Origin: Phycisphaerae bacterium
GTDB lineage: Bacteria; Planctomycetota; Phycisphaerae; UBA1845
Length of the DNA stretch: 64,000 nt
NCBI GenBank assembly: GCA_963666835.2
Contig: CAXXGO010000006.1
Location: 1,248,001 to 1,312,000 of the forward strand
Reading direction: 5' to 3'
The notes below the pieces were generated by a model. That model was given only the letters and a program-made list of their open reading frames with translations, did not search any database and was not told the origin of the DNA. Shown piece after piece: positions 62,201 through 64,000 of this stretch (its first letter is position 1; each line of letters opens with the position of its first letter). The position numbers and the translations under genes were made by a program.

Positions 62201-62491
62201 GAATTCGACGAAGACCATGCTGATGCCCAGGCCGCTGAAGCTGCGGACCCGCTCCACCCCGGTAGCGCCGTTGACCGAGTTCTCGATGTGAAACGTAACC
62301 TGCCGTTCCACCTCCTCCGGAGCCAGGCCGTGAGCCTCGGTGAGCACCGTTACCGTGGGGCGGGTCAAATCGGGCAGCACGTCGATCGGAAGGGTAAGGG
62401 CCGTGTGGAGCCCTAGCGCGCTCAGCAAGACCGCGGCGGCGAGCGTGAGCAACCGGTTGTTCAACGCTGTGCGGATGATTGCACTTAACAT
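59300..62491 (-). CDS. CzcA/CusA family heavy-metal RND permease
   Basis: LPIDVLPD, EVERQVT, GALVDDAIVNVEN, LFAPLA, TGRAE, ERVAPVLMTAL. Confidence 0.95.
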   Translation of the reverse strand: MLSAIIRTALNNRLLTLAAAVLLSALGLHTALTLPIDVLPDLTRPTVTVLTEAHGLAPEEVERQVTFHIENSVNGATGVERVRSFSGLGISMVFVEFGWDTDLWRDRQIVQERLTTISEKMPEHVIPQMGPVGSLMGDIMLMGLQAPDTDPMALRTLADWVVRPALLSVKGVSQVSVIGGDLREFQVRADPERLRQFELTLGDLETALGESNLNSGGGFIVGPTQETAVRNIGRVHTREDIEDSLIAMRRSGDHGTARPIRVQDVAEVVEAGRLVKRGDGSINGSPAVLLSIQKSPNVDTRALTARIDDALDALRPSLPDGLMINRDLFRQAHFINRAIHNVFEALRDGSILVIIILALFLMNARTTLITLSALPLSLLITALVFDWFGLTLNTMTLGGIAVAVGALVDDAIVNVENVYRRLNENRQAAKPRRPLQVVYEASLEVRAPILYGTVLVLLVFLPLFFLQGLEGRLFAPLAVGYITSVLASLLVAMTVSPVLCYYLLPHLKAARVKEDSPALRACKAAARAVYRVTLPRPLTVLAICLTLLVGAAILMTRLGTGFLPPFNEGTLTVFVNASPGTSLEESNRIGSLSERLLLGIPEIKRISRRTGRAEQDEHIHGVHITEMDLQFWTEDDLLSSGDDSNDPGRRKPPSLLRSQSEIAAEIERVLAPLPGVFVEISAPLGHRIAQMLSGVRTDVALKIFGEDLDELQVIAEDVRDALETIPGVVDLAVEQQTVIPQLHLKVNRDAAALYGFTVAEVITAFEMATNGKVISEVFEGQRTFDLVVMLNEQYRNSPDRLARMRLISPSGAVVLLRDVAEIAETTGPNQIGREGTQRRIIVSCNIRGRDLGSTVQQIQQTVAAQVDTPQGYYVRLEGTYESQRRGTQTILTLFGLSIVGMFALLYNQLRSVRVVMQVLLNIPFAFIGAVVALRLAGETFNLASLVGFIGLCGIASRNGVLMISHYLHLIREEGLPFGEELVIKGSQERVAPVLMTALTAALALVPLAMQAGQPGKEILYPVAITMIGGLITSTLLDFFVTPTVFLRFGHKAAKRISAETIEA

Positions 62492-62511
62492 AAACGTACC
62501 TCCGTCCGCGA

Positions 62512-63945
62512 CTAGTGGTTGTGGCCGGCGTGCGGATCAACGGGCTCGCTATCGCCCGTGCGAATTTGTGACAGGTTGTAGACACCCTGGCTCGCTACGA
62601 CGTCGCCCGGGAACAGGCCCTCGCGCACTTCGACGAACTCGTCGTTGCCGGCTCCGGGGGTGATCTCCTGTCGGGCGAACGTCAGCTCTTCGAGGCCGGC
62701 CTGTTTGAACACGAAGTGTGCCGGTCCGTCCTGTAGCACGGCAGAGGTGGGCACGACGACGGGCCAGTCCTTGGGGTCGATCATGTCGCGCACGACCACC
62801 GAGAGGCTGACGAAGGCGCCGTCCCGAAGAACGCCGTCGGGGTTCTGCGCGTCGACTATTAGATGGGCGGTCCGCTTAACCGAGTCGATGACGGGGCTGA
62901 TGAACCGCACCTGCCCGTCGATCACTCGATCGGGATCGGATCGAGGGCGGATTCGGGCCTGGGACGGATTCCGGCGGCTGAGCCGGCTGACGATCGATTC
63001 GGGAAGCTCGCCGTGGATCTGGACCTTGCTGTAATCCGCCACGACGAGCAGAGGCCGGCCGGCCGCCACACTCTCGCCGCGTGAGACGTTACGCTCGACC
63101 ACCACCCCGTCGATGGGCGCGCGCAGACGGATCAGACTCATACGCTGGGCGGCGTCCCGGCAGTGCGCCCGGTCGCACAGATCGGTTGGGGCGACGAGTT
63201 GGGCCGGATCGATGTTGCTCACGGCCAGCAGCGTTTCTCGGCTGAGCTGCAACGCCTCGGCTTGCTCTACGAGAGCCTTGACTTCCTCCCGGGCAACCTG
63301 CAGTTCCACGGCCTTCCGGCGGACCATCGCTCGCGCCGACAGGGCCGCGGCCCGCCGGTCATATAGCTCGTTGAGAGCGACCACCTGCTCGGCTGATTCC
63401 AGCCTCTTGACCTGGGCCTCGGCCAGCTCGGCGGCTTCGGCAACAGTTTCGTGTTCGACCTCCAACTCTCGAACGCGTCCTCGAGCGCGAGTAAGCTCAA
63501 CCTGCAACTCGCGGTAGGAGGTCTCCAATCGGCGGGCTTCGTACTTGTTGCGGGCTAGCTCCGGGGAGTCGATGTCCAGGAGCACATCGCCCTGGCGGAC
63601 GACGTCGCCGATTTGCACGTCAACGTGCAACACTTGTCCGGCAGTGCGCGGGGCTACCACGTGCCTGCGATCCGGGGCGGCTTCGACGGTGCCCAATAGG
63701 TCTACCACCTCCTCCACCGGACCGAAGTCCACGTCGTGCACGCGCAGTCCGATGGTGCCGGCGGTTTCAGGTGTGATTACGCACAGGCCCGCGCCGGAGC
63801 CTCCGCTTTCAGAATGGTCTTCGGCGGCTGGAGCCGTGCCGGCGGCCTGGTAGGTCGAATTAATCCATGTGTAAGCTGCTAAGCCACCCGCACTCAGGCC
63901 AAAGGCCAAGGCGAACAACGCTGCGGCGATTGTCTTTCCGTTCAT
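62512..63945 (-). CDS. RND efflux periplasmic adaptor (CzcB/CusB-like)
   Basis: Lipoyl motifs, LRAPIDGVV, VPTSAV, C-terminal DPHAGHNH. Confidence 0.92.
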   Translation of the reverse strand: MNGKTIAAALFALAFGLSAGGLAAYTWINSTYQAAGTAPAAEDHSESGGSGAGLCVITPETAGTIGLRVHDVDFGPVEEVVDLLGTVEAAPDRRHVVAPRTAGQVLHVDVQIGDVVRQGDVLLDIDSPELARNKYEARRLETSYRELQVELTRARGRVRELEVEHETVAEAAELAEAQVKRLESAEQVVALNELYDRRAAALSARAMVRRKAVELQVAREEVKALVEQAEALQLSRETLLAVSNIDPAQLVAPTDLCDRAHCRDAAQRMSLIRLRAPIDGVVVERNVSRGESVAAGRPLLVVADYSKVQIHGELPESIVSRLSRRNPSQARIRPRSDPDRVIDGQVRFISPVIDSVKRTAHLIVDAQNPDGVLRDGAFVSLSVVVRDMIDPKDWPVVVPTSAVLQDGPAHFVFKQAGLEELTFARQEITPGAGNDEFVEVREGLFPGDVVASQGVYNLSQIRTGDSEPVDPHAGHNH

Positions 63946-64000
63946 AGGTCTCGGTCTCCGCACAAGGCGTTGCCATGCTCCCTTGAAGGGGACGTGGTCT

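Overview
GC-rich bacterial chromosomal segment, most likely from a Planctomycetota (Phycisphaerae-like) genome. This is inferred from the dockerin-like tails, CxxCGYNLTG zinc-ribbon membrane protein, GACC-type Cys repeats and PilM-PilN/secretin operon. In order, the window holds: a VTC(polyP polymerase)-DUF4956-HlyD-Cthe_2159 operon; a PEP-CTERM protein; small accessory genes among REP clusters; an ECF sigma factor with an anti-sigma candidate carrying a dockerin-like motif; GT2, kdsD-like and YdjY-like genes; a type IV pilus/T2SS operon; mtaB; and an IPTL-CTERM protein. Next is a 16-kb cluster of five secreted, mostly Cys/Asp-rich proteins, including an S8 protease, that share a cohesin-like domain and/or a dockerin-like tail. 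The rest is an intact REP-associated tyrosine transposase (RAYT) in REP arrays, purF-purM, an ABC transporter and a CzcA/CusA-type efflux operon. Roughly 35 copies of one GTAG-type REP, interleaved with several other palindrome families, occupy four loci. Many single-base frameshifts between about 19.9 and 31.4 kb look like long-read errors. The best candidate for a new system is the cohesin/dockerin-like surface-protein cluster. All domain calls are from motif recognition, not database searches.
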